A stretch of 64,000 bases of DNA. It comes from Acidimicrobiia bacterium (GTDB taxonomy: Bacteria > Actinomycetota > Acidimicrobiia > IMCC26256 > PALSA-610). Positions 46,659-57,070 of the stretch are shown one piece after another. A model generated the notes under the pieces. That model had not been told where the DNA came from and did no database searches. It saw only the letters and a program-made list of their open reading frames with translations. Where the stretch lies: the NCBI GenBank assembly GCA_038209365.1, contig JBBQXS010000002.1:19038-83037 (forward strand), given 5' to 3'. The first letter of the stretch is position 1; each line of letters starts with the position of its first letter. The position numbers and the translations under genes were made by a program.

Positions 46659-49139
46659 TCAGCCGAACCGTAGGAGCCGGTCCGTGGCGCGCCGGGCATC
46701 TTCGCGTCTGCGTTCGAAGGTCACGCCGATCCACATCAACAGGACGCCGATCGCCGCGAGCGGGACCCACTCCGGCAGCCGGGCTGCGGCCGGTCCGAAC
46801 GTGTCGATCGCGAGCACGAGCAGCGCCGTCCCACCGATCGCGAGTGGAGCTTGCAGGCGCTTCCACGCCCCGAACAGGACCACGGCGAACGCGATGACCG
46901 CCGAGGCGACTGTGCGCGCGACGTCGTCGTTCGCGATGCCGATGGCGAGCGTGGGACCGAGAGCGATCACGATGGCCGGGCCGATCGTGAGCCACGAACG
47001 CGCGGGGCCGGCGCGCCATCCGACGAGACCGGCCACCAGTGCGAGCAACGCGGCCGGGCCCGTGTACGCCTCCACGACCGCGACGTGCGCTGTTGCGAGC
47101 CATGCCCAGGTCGCCGCGAGCGCGGACACCGCCGCCGCCCAGCTGTAGAGCGCGGCACGGTCGCGTCGCAGTGCCGTGGCCAGCATGAGTGGGACGAGTG
47201 TGGTGAGTGCGCCGGCTACCCACGCCGAAGATGACGACGAGAGGACGAGTCCGACACCGCATGCAACTGCGCCGGTGAGCTGCAGCGCGTCACCGTCGGC
47301 AGCTCGTGAGCGCAGATGCGCCCCGAACAGGATGACCACGCCTGCGGCGGCGACGACGGCGAATCCGGCCGGCGCGGGACCGACATCGAATGCCGCCGTC
47401 CACACGCCGGCCAACGCGATCGCCAATGCGCCCGCGCTGAGAGAGGCTGTGACGCGCACCATGTCCGACACCGCGACCATCGCGGCGAGTGCGGCAGCGA
47501 CTGCAACGACGAGCAGCACCGTGATGGACGCATCACGCGTGACCGCGGCCCAACCCGCGGCCGGGACGACGGCCAGCAACACGGTGGGCAGGACACCGAC
47601 CGACAGCCGAGGTGACGAACGGTCGAGGGCGGCGACGGCGAGCAGCACGACGCACACGGTCGCGACGGCGGTGACCAACGTCATGCGAGCAGAAGCCCCC
47701 GCCACGACCGGCGCAAGGCCGATGCCGAGAATCGCGAGCGCAACCGCACCGCCGGCGCCTCGCCGCGTTCTCGCCGCGACGAACCCCAGCGCGCCAGCGG
47801 CGACCGCGAGCGACGCGACCGCCGGCCAGTAGGCCTCGAACGGATGCCGGGTGGGATCGCCCGCGTACGCGTTGCGCGCCACGACATCGAGCGAGCCCGT
47901 CCACGCATCCCCGAACCACGCCAAGGGACCGAACGCGGCCGCGAGCCCCACGACCGCCGCCCATGCCAGACCCGGCGAGGCGTATGCCGCCGTCGCCGCA
48001 TACGCCGGCTTGTGCCACCGAACGGGCGCGAGATACCGCGCGCCCACGGCGGTGACAGAAGCGACGAACGTTGCCCACGCGAGGAGACCCTGCGGACCGA
48101 ACGACGTCGCGGCGACCGTCACCAGCGCACCAAGGAGCACCGCGACGACAACACCGGCAAGCAAATCCGCGGTGTCGCGCGACACTCGACGGCGCAACAC
48201 AGCCGCGGGTGCGAACGCAAGTGTGCTCACGACCGCCGCCGGACAGAGCGACTGCGTGAACGTGTGAGTTGTGGTCGCCGCCACGGCCGCGAACCCGGCC
48301 GCAAGCGCCCACGGAATCAGCGCATGCAGCCCGAGAACGAGCTGAACGCCAAGCGCCTGTCGAGCAGGCTCCGTGTCACTCACGACGAAGCGTCGCACCA
48401 CCGCCACGGCCGCGGAGATCAGCCCCAACGCGAGCGCGACGCTCCATGCCGCTCCGGCGACGGCAGGGACGAGCAGCTCGACCGACAACGGCAACAGGAT
48501 CGCGATCGCCATACGACTCGTCCGCGCACCGACCGCACGTCCGAGCACGAATGCGAAGGACGCCGCGACGACTGAACCGAACGCCCACCACGTCGACCCG
48601 GAGATCTCCGCGCCCACACCAGCGCGGTGCAGGGCATGCCAGTCGATGAGCACGAGGCCGATGGCAAGCGCGGTGAATGCATCCGCACTTGCAGGCAGAC
48701 GCCGGCGCAGCGCGAGCGCGAGCCCGGTGAACACGCCCGTCACCGCGCCGAGCAACGAGGCGCGTCCGCCATCGCCGAGGTGCGACCACGCGACCGCGGT
48801 GAACGTCAACGCGGACGCCGCCAACAACGCGGCGCCGACCCACAGGAGGACGGAGCGAACGCGGTCGACGGTCCACTCCGGTGCGCCCGACCGCGGAGGA
48901 GCCTGGTGTACAGAGGGCTCCGGCGGCGCGTTGTCGGAGATGACCGACCACCGGAGCTGCGTGAGCTGCGCGACCAGCGTCTGCCGCTGCGACGTGAGCT
49001 CCATCATCCGCTCGTCGACATCACCGATGGAGGCGACGAGCTCGCGCAACGTCGTCGCGCTGGCACCGTGGAGATCGAGCCCGCACCACGAACAAAAGTT
49101 TTCATCGTCGAAGGCGGCGCCACAGGCAGGACAGTTCAC
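46659..49139 (-). CDS. Large polytopic membrane protein with N-terminal zinc ribbon (SCO7613-like C-terminus)
   Basis: CPAC..CSWCG.DL, LLWVGA.LL..AL.F...AW, VEAYT.P, RSW...GPA, G..FERR. Confidence 0.8.
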   Translation of the reverse strand: MNCPACGAAFDDENFCSWCGLDLHGASATTLRELVASIGDVDERMMELTSQRQTLVAQLTQLRWSVISDNAPPEPSVHQAPPRSGAPEWTVDRVRSVLLWVGAALLAASALTFTAVAWSHLGDGGRASLLGAVTGVFTGLALALRRRLPASADAFTALAIGLVLIDWHALHRAGVGAEISGSTWWAFGSVVAASFAFVLGRAVGARTSRMAIAILLPLSVELLVPAVAGAAWSVALALGLISAAVAVVRRFVVSDTEPARQALGVQLVLGLHALIPWALAAGFAAVAATTTHTFTQSLCPAAVVSTLAFAPAAVLRRRVSRDTADLLAGVVVAVLLGALVTVAATSFGPQGLLAWATFVASVTAVGARYLAPVRWHKPAYAATAAYASPGLAWAAVVGLAAAFGPLAWFGDAWTGSLDVVARNAYAGDPTRHPFEAYWPAVASLAVAAGALGFVAARTRRGAGGAVALAILGIGLAPVVAGASARMTLVTAVATVCVVLLAVAALDRSSPRLSVGVLPTVLLAVVPAAGWAAVTRDASITVLLVVAVAAALAAMVAVSDMVRVTASLSAGALAIALAGVWTAAFDVGPAPAGFAVVAAAGVVILFGAHLRSRAADGDALQLTGAVACGVGLVLSSSSSAWVAGALTTLVPLMLATALRRDRAALYSWAAAVSALAATWAWLATAHVAVVEAYTGPAALLALVAGLVGWRAGPARSWLTIGPAIVIALGPTLAIGIANDDVARTVASAVIAFAVVLFGAWKRLQAPLAIGGTALLVLAIDTFGPAAARLPEWVPLAAIGVLLMWIGVTFERRREDARRATDRLLRFG

Positions 49140-49208
49140 GATCCCCCCTCCGATATCCCCCAATAGACGTCGGACGCCCGGCCCGGCGGCCGCGTTACAT
49201 AGGGACCG

Positions 49209-50291
49209 TCAATGTCCTGGCGGGAGGGACAACAGCAGGTACGTCAGGCGAACGATCCCCTTCTCGTTGATGGGGAAGGCTTCGCGCGCCTCGCGGCAGG
49301 CGTCGAGGGCGGCAACCGCAGCGCGCGGTTCGATGTACAGCACCGTGCGATCGCGGTTGAGCGTCGGCGCGGGTGACGCGAGCACATCGCGATAGACGGA
49401 TTCGATCGCGGTGACTCCTTCGAGCAACAAATCGATGCGCGTCCGGCGTGTTTCGCGCCTGTGTCGTTCCTCGATGCGCCTGCGCAAGCGTTGCGCGTCG
49501 CGATCGACATAGCCCAACCGCTCCATCTCGGCGTCGAACTCTTCGAGCTCGACGCGTTGACGATCAGTCACGGTCGATGCCGCGGCCTCGACGGCGGCAT
49601 CGACCTCTTGCGCGAGTGCGAGCGCCGTCGCGCCGTGGCCGTCGACGCGAGCCGGCACTGAGGCGAACGCGTCGCGCAGCTCGCGTAGCGGACCCACGAA
49701 CGCCTGGGCGCGCGCAAGCTGACCACCGGCCAACCCCGCCACACGCTCGGCCTCCGCCGCCGGTACGCCCTGGCGCTCGAGCGCTGCCTCCACCGCACCG
49801 TCGGCAAGCGGCGCGAAGTCGATGCGCTGACAACGCGAACGGATCGTCGGTAGCAAGTCGTCGGCGACGGACGTGACGAGAAGGACAACCGTGCGCGCCG
49901 GGGGTTCCTCGAGGGTCTTCAGCATTGCGTTCGCAGACTCGTTCTGGTTCCCGCGCAGCCGTTCGGCCTCGAACAGGATCAGTACCTTGCGCTCCGCCTC
50001 GATCGGTGCGCGCGCCGCTTCGGGCAGGATCCGCTCGCGCACGTCTTCGCGCACGCGATAGGAGGCACCGGCCGGTTCGAACTCCACGACGTCGGGATGC
50101 ACGCCACGCTGGACGAGTCGGAGGCCACGTTCGTCGTCGCCGACGCCGATCAACATCGCGGCGAATCCGCGCGCGGCCTCTTCGACACCCGAACCACGCG
50201 GACCGACGAGGAGGTATGCGTGCACGGGCCGTGCCGCGGCACGTTCGAGCGTCTCGAGAGCGCGATCCTGTCCGACAACACCGGTGAACAC
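49209..50291 (-). CDS. holB: DNA polymerase III subunit delta'
   Basis: VVGQ, HAYLLVGPRGSG, HPDV, NAMLKTLEEPP, LLPTIRSRCQ; follows tmk. Confidence 0.9.
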   Translation of the reverse strand: MFTGVVGQDRALETLERAAARPVHAYLLVGPRGSGVEEAARGFAAMLIGVGDDERGLRLVQRGVHPDVVEFEPAGASYRVREDVRERILPEAARAPIEAERKVLILFEAERLRGNQNESANAMLKTLEEPPARTVVLLVTSVADDLLPTIRSRCQRIDFAPLADGAVEAALERQGVPAAEAERVAGLAGGQLARAQAFVGPLRELRDAFASVPARVDGHGATALALAQEVDAAVEAAASTVTDRQRVELEEFDAEMERLGYVDRDAQRLRRRIEERHRRETRRTRIDLLLEGVTAIESVYRDVLASPAPTLNRDRTVLYIEPRAAVAALDACREAREAFPINEKGIVRLTYLLLSLPPGH

Positions 50292-50318
50292 CTCTCGCAG
50301 ACTATGCAGGCCGGGCGA

Positions 50319-50918
50319 CTACGGAAGGACGTGCTCGACGGCCTCCCGGACGTGGAGCTCCACGTCATCGGGCTCAGCACTCCCGTCGACGACGCACCAC
50401 CCCCGCTCGGCGGCGAGCTCGCGATACGCGGCGCGAACGCGCGCGTGGAAGTCTCCGCCCGCGCGCTCGAGCCGGTCACGCACGACCGCGACCCGCTCCT
50501 CGGCGATGTCGTCGGGCACGTCGAGGACGACGACGACGTCGGGCACCAGCCCCCCGGTGGCGACGGCATCCATCTGCTCGACCGCCGCGACCCCGAGACC
50601 GCGGCCTACCCCCTGATATGCGAGCGTCGACGGCGAGAACCGATCGCTGATCACGACCGCGCGCCGCGCCAGCGCGGGCCGGATGACCTCGGTGACGTGC
50701 TGCGCGCGATCGGCGAGCATCAACAGCAGCTCGCTACGCGGGTCGAGCGGACCCTCTCTGTGCAGCAACAGGTCACGTACGTGCGCACCGAGCTTGGTGT
50801 CGCCCGGTTCGAAGGTCGACACGACCTCGTGGCCATTTCCGGTCATCCATGACGCGAGCCGCGCGGCTTGGGTGCTCTTCCCGCTCCCTTCTCCGCCCTC
50901 GAGCACGACGAACGTCAC
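50319..50918 (-). CDS. tmk: Thymidylate kinase
   Basis: FVVLEGGEGSGKSTQ, EPG, ADRAQH, SDRF..ST.AYQG. Confidence 0.95.
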   Translation of the reverse strand: MTFVVLEGGEGSGKSTQAARLASWMTGNGHEVVSTFEPGDTKLGAHVRDLLLHREGPLDPRSELLLMLADRAQHVTEVIRPALARRAVVISDRFSPSTLAYQGVGRGLGVAAVEQMDAVATGGLVPDVVVVLDVPDDIAEERVAVVRDRLERAGGDFHARVRAAYRELAAERGWCVVDGSAEPDDVELHVREAVEHVLP

Positions 50919-52303
50919 GGCGTGACGGCTTCCGCGCGCCGCGACCTTCGCATTCGTCGCCGTGCCGCGAGCCCGGAAAGCACGGTCAAGCCGCCACCGG
51001 CCCACAACGCGAGGCGCACACCCGGCAAGCTCAGGTCGGCCGAGCCGATCGAGACCTCGCCGTTGAAGAGTCGATCGGCAAGCGCGCCGAGGCCGCTCGC
51101 GACGAACGGCCCGAGAGTGAGCGAGAGCAGCAAGCACACGCGGACGACGGTGTAGAGCGTCGCGAACGTGCGGCCGCGCATCTCGTCGGCGACGGACTCC
51201 TGCAACAACGTGAACCCGGTGACGTACGCGCATCCGGCGGATGCGCCGAAGACCCCGACGAGGAGTATCGCGAGCGCGAGCGTCGACACCCATGCGAGGA
51301 CGCCGATGGCGATCCCGGTCACGACGACCGCCGTCGTGAATACGGCCTCGCGTGGCAGCCGGCGCTGCAACCACAGCAACGTCGCAACTCCGATCGCGGC
51401 GCCGATGCCGAGCGCAGTCGTGAGAAATCCGAACGCGGAGTCGTCGGCTTTGAGGATGTCCTTCGCGAAGATCGCGCCGAGCGGCACGATCGAGCCACCG
51501 CCGATGAGACCACCGGCGAGACCGATCATCACGCCCCGCACGACGGAATTGGAACGGATGAACCGTAAGCCGTCGACGATGTCGCGCCACGTTTGTCGCG
51601 GGGGCGGACGCTCGGTCTCCCCGTGCCCGCCGGCATGCCCACCGTTGGACAACGTGAGTCGTGAGATCAAGAACGCCGACATCAGGAATGTCAGGCCGTC
51701 GACCCAGATCGCAAGCGACGTCTGCCCGACGCCGAGGCGATCGAGAAGATCGAAGTTGCCGAGCCACGATGCCACCGCGGCAAGCAACGCGAACATCAGC
51801 GAACCGACCGGGAACGTGCCGAAGGCCGCCACGAGCCCGAGCGAGTTGGCGGACGCGAGTTGGTCGGGATCCTTGACGATGTTCGGGACACTCGCGTCCT
51901 TGGCCGGACCCCAGAGCAGGGTCATCACCTCGATCGAGAACGAGATGACGACGAGGCCGAGGAGGTTGTGCCAGAACGGCAGTACGGCGAGCAGACCGGC
52001 GCGCCCGATGTCGCATGTCACCATCACGGCCTTGCGATTCCAGCGATCGACGAACGCGCCGCCGATCGGCGCGAGCAGGAAACCCGGGAGCATGCGGGCG
52101 ATCATCACGAGCCCGACGGCGTTGGTGGAAACGTCCTTCGCGAGCACGAGGATCGCCAAGAGCGCGGTCCAGTCACCGATGCTCGAGACCACCTGCGCGG
52201 AGAAGAGCCGGGTGAATCCGGGCGCCCGGAACACCTCCCACGGCTTCGGTGGGATGGGTTCGTGCTCGGGGGAGGGCGGAATGAACGGCGCTTGGTCGCT
52301 CAC
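50915..52303 (-). CDS. MFS transporter (DHA3/H+ antiporter-like)
   Basis: SSIGDW, DRWNRK.VMV.CD..R, LLQE.V..EMRGR.FA; multiple TM helices. Confidence 0.9.
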   Translation of the reverse strand: MSDQAPFIPPSPEHEPIPPKPWEVFRAPGFTRLFSAQVVSSIGDWTALLAILVLAKDVSTNAVGLVMIARMLPGFLLAPIGGAFVDRWNRKAVMVTCDIGRAGLLAVLPFWHNLLGLVVISFSIEVMTLLWGPAKDASVPNIVKDPDQLASANSLGLVAAFGTFPVGSLMFALLAAVASWLGNFDLLDRLGVGQTSLAIWVDGLTFLMSAFLISRLTLSNGGHAGGHGETERPPPRQTWRDIVDGLRFIRSNSVVRGVMIGLAGGLIGGGSIVPLGAIFAKDILKADDSAFGFLTTALGIGAAIGVATLLWLQRRLPREAVFTTAVVVTGIAIGVLAWVSTLALAILLVGVFGASAGCAYVTGFTLLQESVADEMRGRTFATLYTVVRVCLLLSLTLGPFVASGLGALADRLFNGEVSIGSADLSLPGVRLALWAGGGLTVLSGLAARRRMRRSRRAEAVTP

Positions 52304-52327
52304 GGTCCCGCCAGCCTAGGTTCGGCC

Positions 52328-55045
52328 CTACTCCCCCGCGGGTTTTGCGGCCTTCTTCGTCGCCTTCTTGGCAGTCTTCTTGGCGACTTTCTTCGTTGCC
52401 TTCTTCGGCGTCTTCTTGGCGGCCTTCTTCACCGTCTTGCGAGGCTTGGTCGGGCCCTGTTCGGCCTTGGCCCGTAACAGGCCGACCGCTTCGTCCAGTG
52501 TGAGCGCGGCCGGATCGAGTCCGCGCGGCACCGTGGCGTTCACCGTGCCGTCGGTGATGTACGGGCCATAGCGGCCTTCGAGCACGCGCACGGGCGCACG
52601 AGTGTCGGGGTTCTCGCCAAGCTCCGCGATCGGCGGCTTCTGCTGGCGGCCACGGCGCTGCTTCGGTTGTGCGAACAGGGCCTCGGCTTCTTCGAGGGTG
52701 ATCGTGAACAGCTGGTCTTCGGATACGAGGCTGCGCGTGTCGCCATCGGCGCGCTTCAAGTACGGGCCGAACCGTCCTGGTGACGCGAGGATCTCACGGC
52801 CTTCGGCATCGGCGCCGACGACGCGCGGCAAGCTCAGCAAGCGCAGCGCGTCCTCGAGCGTGACGGACTCCGGTGTCTGCGACGAGAACAACGAGGCGCG
52901 CTTCGGTTTCTTCTTCGAGCCCTCTTCCTGGTCACCGAGCTGGACGTACGGCCCGAAGCGACCGGTGAGCACGTACGCCGGCAGTCCCGTCTCGGGATCG
53001 GTTCCCAGGGTCTTCGGGCCTTCTGACTGCTTGGCGATCAGCTCGAGCGCAAGCGGGATGGTCAGCTCGTCAGGCGCGATGTCCGGTGGCAGCGACGCGG
53101 TCTCGTGCTCCTCGCGCTGCACGTACGGCCCGTAGCGGCCCACCCGGACCACGAGCTCGTGGCCGGTGTCGTCGGTCCCGATCGGAATCGTGCTGACACC
53201 GCGCGGATCGATGCGCGCGAGTTGTTCGTCCGACACGAGGTCGCGCAATCCGGGGCTGCCGTTCCCGTAGTAGAAGGAGTGGAGCCACTTCTCCGCCTCC
53301 TCCTCACCTCGGGCGATGACGTCGAGCGCCTCTTCCATCGTCGCCGTGAACGAATAGTCGACGAGATGGCCGAAGTGCCGCTCGAGCAAGTTGGTCACCG
53401 CGAACGCAGTCCATGCGGGGACGAGCGCGCTCCCCTTGCGCCAGACGTAGTTCCGGGCCTGGATCGTCTCGATGACCGCCGCGTAGGTGGACGGGCGTCC
53501 GATGCCGCGCTCCTCGAGCTCCTTCACGAGGCTCGCTTCGGTGTACCGGGCGGGCGGCTTGGTCTCGTGACCGACGGACGCAAGCTCGGTGCACGTCATG
53601 TCGTCGCCTTCGGCAACGGCGGGAAGTCGCGTCTCTGCTTCGACCTCATCGCCTTCGTCGACGTCCTCGATGTACGCGCGCCGCCAGCCGAGGAAGTCGT
53701 ACGACTTGCCCGACGCCCGGAATATCGCCGCCTCGTTGTTCGTCGACGCGGCCCCCAGACGGATGGTCAGCTTGCTGCCGCGCGCATCGGCCATCTGACA
53801 GGCAACCGTGCGGATCCACACGAGCTCGTAGAGCCGCTGCTCGTCGCCGTCGAGCTCCCCGCGCACGTCGTCGGGCGTGCGGATGCGATCGCCGGCGGGC
53901 CGAATTGCCTCGTGCGCCTCCTGCGCGTTCTTGACCTTGCTCTTGTACGCGCGGGACTCGGCAGGCAGGTACTCGTCGCCGTACTGCTCGCGGATCGCCG
54001 TGCGCGCGGCGCCGATCGCCTGCTCGGACAGGTTGGTGCTGTCCGTACGCATGTAGGTGATGTACCCGCGCTCGTACAGCCGTTGCGCGACGGACATCGT
54101 GCGAGATGCCGTGAAACGAAGCTTGCGCCCCGACTCCTGATGCAGCGTCGAGGTCGTGAACGGCGCACGAGGCCGTTCGATGAACGGATCCGAGTCGACC
54201 GACACCACGCTGTACGGCACGTCGCGCAAGCGGTCGGCGAGACCGGCGGCGTGGTCCGCATCGAGCAGCACGACGTCATTCGCGCGTGCGGCGGCGATCG
54301 CGCCGGTGGCCGGGTCGAAGTCTCGTCCCTCGGCGACGCGCTTGCCGTCGAGCTCCGCGAGCGCGGCAACGAATGGCTGCCCGGCGTCCGGCGTCGACCC
54401 GTCGACAACGAAGGTGCCCTCGAGGTCGTGCCACTGCCCCGAGCGGAACCGCATGCGCGCCCGTTCGCGCTGGACCACGAGGCGCACGGCGACGCTCTGG
54501 ACCCGACCGGCCGACGCGGCCTGGCCACGGCCGAACACCCGCCACAGCACGGGCGAGGTCTCCCAGCCGACGAGCCGGTCGAGGATGCGCCGGCCCTCCT
54601 GCGCCTCGACGAGCTTCATGTCGAGCTCACGCGGGTGGTCGAGCGCTTCGCGGATCGCGCGCGGGGTGATCTCGTGGAACACCATCCGCTTGACGGGAAC
54701 ACGCGGCTTCAACACTTCCAGGACATGCCACCCGATCGCCTCGCCCTCGCGATCCTCGTCGGTCGCGACGATGAGCTCGTCCGCGTCCTTGAGCGCCTGC
54801 TTCAAGTCGGCGACGACATTCTTCTTGTTGCGGTGCACGACGTAGACGACGTCGAAGTGGTCATCGGGGTCGATGCCCGCGAGACGTCCGTGCGTCTCCT
54901 TCTTGGCGTCCGGTACCTCTTCTTTGCTCCCCGGGAGATCGCGGATGTGCCCGACGCTCGCCTTCACGGTGAAGTCGTTTCCGAGATAGCTCGCGATGGT
55001 CTTGGCCTTCGCGGGCGACTCGACGATCACGAGCGGTTTTGCCAC
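52328..55045 (-). CDS. topA: DNA topoisomerase I
   Basis: LVIVESPAKAKTI, ATDEDREGEAI, SAGRVQS, YITYMRTDS, GRYGPY repeats, Lys-rich tail. Confidence 0.98.
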   Translation of the reverse strand: MAKPLVIVESPAKAKTIASYLGNDFTVKASVGHIRDLPGSKEEVPDAKKETHGRLAGIDPDDHFDVVYVVHRNKKNVVADLKQALKDADELIVATDEDREGEAIGWHVLEVLKPRVPVKRMVFHEITPRAIREALDHPRELDMKLVEAQEGRRILDRLVGWETSPVLWRVFGRGQAASAGRVQSVAVRLVVQRERARMRFRSGQWHDLEGTFVVDGSTPDAGQPFVAALAELDGKRVAEGRDFDPATGAIAAARANDVVLLDADHAAGLADRLRDVPYSVVSVDSDPFIERPRAPFTTSTLHQESGRKLRFTASRTMSVAQRLYERGYITYMRTDSTNLSEQAIGAARTAIREQYGDEYLPAESRAYKSKVKNAQEAHEAIRPAGDRIRTPDDVRGELDGDEQRLYELVWIRTVACQMADARGSKLTIRLGAASTNNEAAIFRASGKSYDFLGWRRAYIEDVDEGDEVEAETRLPAVAEGDDMTCTELASVGHETKPPARYTEASLVKELEERGIGRPSTYAAVIETIQARNYVWRKGSALVPAWTAFAVTNLLERHFGHLVDYSFTATMEEALDVIARGEEEAEKWLHSFYYGNGSPGLRDLVSDEQLARIDPRGVSTIPIGTDDTGHELVVRVGRYGPYVQREEHETASLPPDIAPDELTIPLALELIAKQSEGPKTLGTDPETGLPAYVLTGRFGPYVQLGDQEEGSKKKPKRASLFSSQTPESVTLEDALRLLSLPRVVGADAEGREILASPGRFGPYLKRADGDTRSLVSEDQLFTITLEEAEALFAQPKQRRGRQQKPPIAELGENPDTRAPVRVLEGRYGPYITDGTVNATVPRGLDPAALTLDEAVGLLRAKAEQGPTKPRKTVKKAAKKTPKKATKKVAKKTAKKATKKAAKPAGE

Positions 55046-55205
55046 AGGATGCTCTCGAACTCTCCGGGGTGGGGGTCGCGTCTTTCTCGGCAGTCGGGTC
55101 GCGGACCGTAGCCCGCCCCTCTTTTCCGTAGTGCCATGGACGACCCGCCGGTGTCAAACTGTGGCCGAAGTATCACTCTCAGTACACGGTCTAACGTTCC
55201 CGGCT

Positions 55206-55847
55206 GTGTTGGCTCTCGACTGGCTGGATCCCCGGGACCTGATCGACACCTTCGGGGCCGCAGGCCTGCTCCTGGTCGTCTTCATCGAGTCGGGGCTCGT
55301 GCCGGCGCCCCTGCCGGGCGACTCCCTGCTGTTCATCGCCGGATTCTTCTGCTCGACCAAGGCCGGCGGCAGCGACCCTCACCTCAACCTGGCCGTCGTG
55401 GTGCTCGGCTCCTTCGTGGCGGCCGTGCTCGGCGCCCAGCTCGGCTATCTGCTGGGCGAACGGTACGGGACGCGTCTGTTCAAGCCCGATGCTCGCCTCT
55501 TCAAGACCGAGTACCTCGAGCGGGCCCAGGGGTTCTTCGACCGCTCCGGACCGCGGGCGGTGATCTTGGCGCGCTTCATCCCGTTCGTGCGGACGATCGT
55601 GCCGATGCTGGCCGGAACGAGCCGGATGCCGCAGCGCTCGTTCGCGATCGCGAACGTCGCCGGCGCCGCATTGTGGGCGGTCGGGGTCAGCCTGCTCGGC
55701 TTCTTCCTCGGCAAGCAGATCGGCGCGGACAACATCGACAAGTACTTGTTGCCCATCGTCGCGGTGATCATCGTCTTGTCGCTGATCCCGCCGTTCCTGG
55801 AGTATCTCAAGCACCGCCGCCGGCGTGCGGCCACGGAAACGGAGTGA
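55206..55847 (+). CDS. DedA/VTT family membrane protein
   Basis: VFIESGL..PLPGDSLLF.AG, LARFIPFVRT. Confidence 0.92.
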   Translation: MLALDWLDPRDLIDTFGAAGLLLVVFIESGLVPAPLPGDSLLFIAGFFCSTKAGGSDPHLNLAVVVLGSFVAAVLGAQLGYLLGERYGTRLFKPDARLFKTEYLERAQGFFDRSGPRAVILARFIPFVRTIVPMLAGTSRMPQRSFAIANVAGAALWAVGVSLLGFFLGKQIGADNIDKYLLPIVAVIIVLSLIPPFLEYLKHRRRRAATETE

Positions 55848-56293
55848 GCGCGCATTACCGGGCGCCCGGCTGGTTCACGCGCAACATCTTCAATCGCGTC
55901 GTCGCGGGTCTGACCCGGCTCGGTGTGTCCGTGTGGGGCTCGCGGATGTTGCGTGTGCGCGGGCGCAAGACGGGCGACGTGCGCACCACACCGGTGAACC
56001 TGTTGACCTACAACGGGACGCGCTATCTCGTCGCGCCTCGCGGCGAGACGCAATGGGTGCGGAACATCCGCGCCGCGGACGGGGCGGGCGAGCTCGCCTT
56101 GGGCCGCAAGGTCGAGGCCTTCCGCGGCGTCGAGCTCTCCGACGATCAGAAGCCCGACGTGCTGCGCGCGTACTTGAAGCGATGGAAGGCAGAAAGCGGG
56201 GTGTTCTTCGACGGCGTCAGCGCCGACTCTTCCGATGGCGAGGTTGCCCGCATCGCGCCCCAACACCCCGTCTTCCGCGTCGAACGTACCTAA
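55844..56293 (+). CDS. Deazaflavin (F420)-dependent nitroreductase family oxidoreductase
   Basis: GRKTG..RTTPV, WVRNIRA, HPVFR. Confidence 0.85.
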   Translation: MSAHYRAPGWFTRNIFNRVVAGLTRLGVSVWGSRMLRVRGRKTGDVRTTPVNLLTYNGTRYLVAPRGETQWVRNIRAADGAGELALGRKVEAFRGVELSDDQKPDVLRAYLKRWKAESGVFFDGVSADSSDGEVARIAPQHPVFRVERT

Positions 56294-56330
56294 GAGGGTC
56301 TCGCTCTCTCACGCGTTGCGCCGCGGCGCC

Positions 56331-56912
56331 CTATGTTGCGTCCAAGTCGGCGACAGCCACCTTGTCGAGCGCGGGCCCGCAGAACATGTTGTTGCTGCCT
56401 GCGGTGCGGCTACGGAACTGGAGGCGAGAGGTCGAAGCCGTGGGCGTCACGTAGATCTGATGCGTCACCCAGCCCATGTTCTGCGCGGAGCGACCCGTAA
56501 TGTCGAACTGCAAGCTTGCGAGCGTCACGCCGTCCCACTCGACGACGAGCCGCTTGATCGACGGACCGCAGAGAGGGTTGCCGGCGAGCGAGAACACGAT
56601 CACGTAGCGATTACCGGGGACGGTGGCGAGGTCTTGGGCGATCGCACCTGGGGACACCCCGGTCATATCCAGCGACTGCCGACCCTCTCGGGCCTGCCAG
56701 AGGTCATCAGCCGCCACGTCCACCGAGCCTTGCGTCACCTCCCAGGCGCCGAGCGTCTCGCCTTCTTCGAACAGTTGGGCTCCCGACGCGACGACCGGAG
56801 TCTCGAAGCCGTAGTTGTCCACGTCGACGGGTTGACACGAAGCCAAGGTGAGAGTGATCGCCGTCACGCCAATGAAGACGACGAACCTGTTTCGGAGTAG
56901 CTGCACGCCCAC
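56331..56912 (-). CDS. Lipoprotein with DUF642/choice-of-anchor C-like domain
   Basis: LTLASC lipobox, GFE.P, WQA.EG.QSLD, F.LAGNP, MGW, GPALD.V. Confidence 0.75.
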   Translation of the reverse strand: MGVQLLRNRFVVFIGVTAITLTLASCQPVDVDNYGFETPVVASGAQLFEEGETLGAWEVTQGSVDVAADDLWQAREGRQSLDMTGVSPGAIAQDLATVPGNRYVIVFSLAGNPLCGPSIKRLVVEWDGVTLASLQFDITGRSAQNMGWVTHQIYVTPTASTSRLQFRSRTAGSNNMFCGPALDKVAVADLDAT

Positions 56913-57070
56913 CCCCTCGGGTGATTCCCACCATGACCCTCCGCTCTTCGACGATGACAGTCAAGGGCTCGGTCGATCGCGGTGAGCACATCGCCGATCG
57001 GCGCTCGTCATGCCACACGCGTGCGGATGGGGGGCTCCCGGGTGTTCCGCGTCGAACGTCCTTCAGTCAC

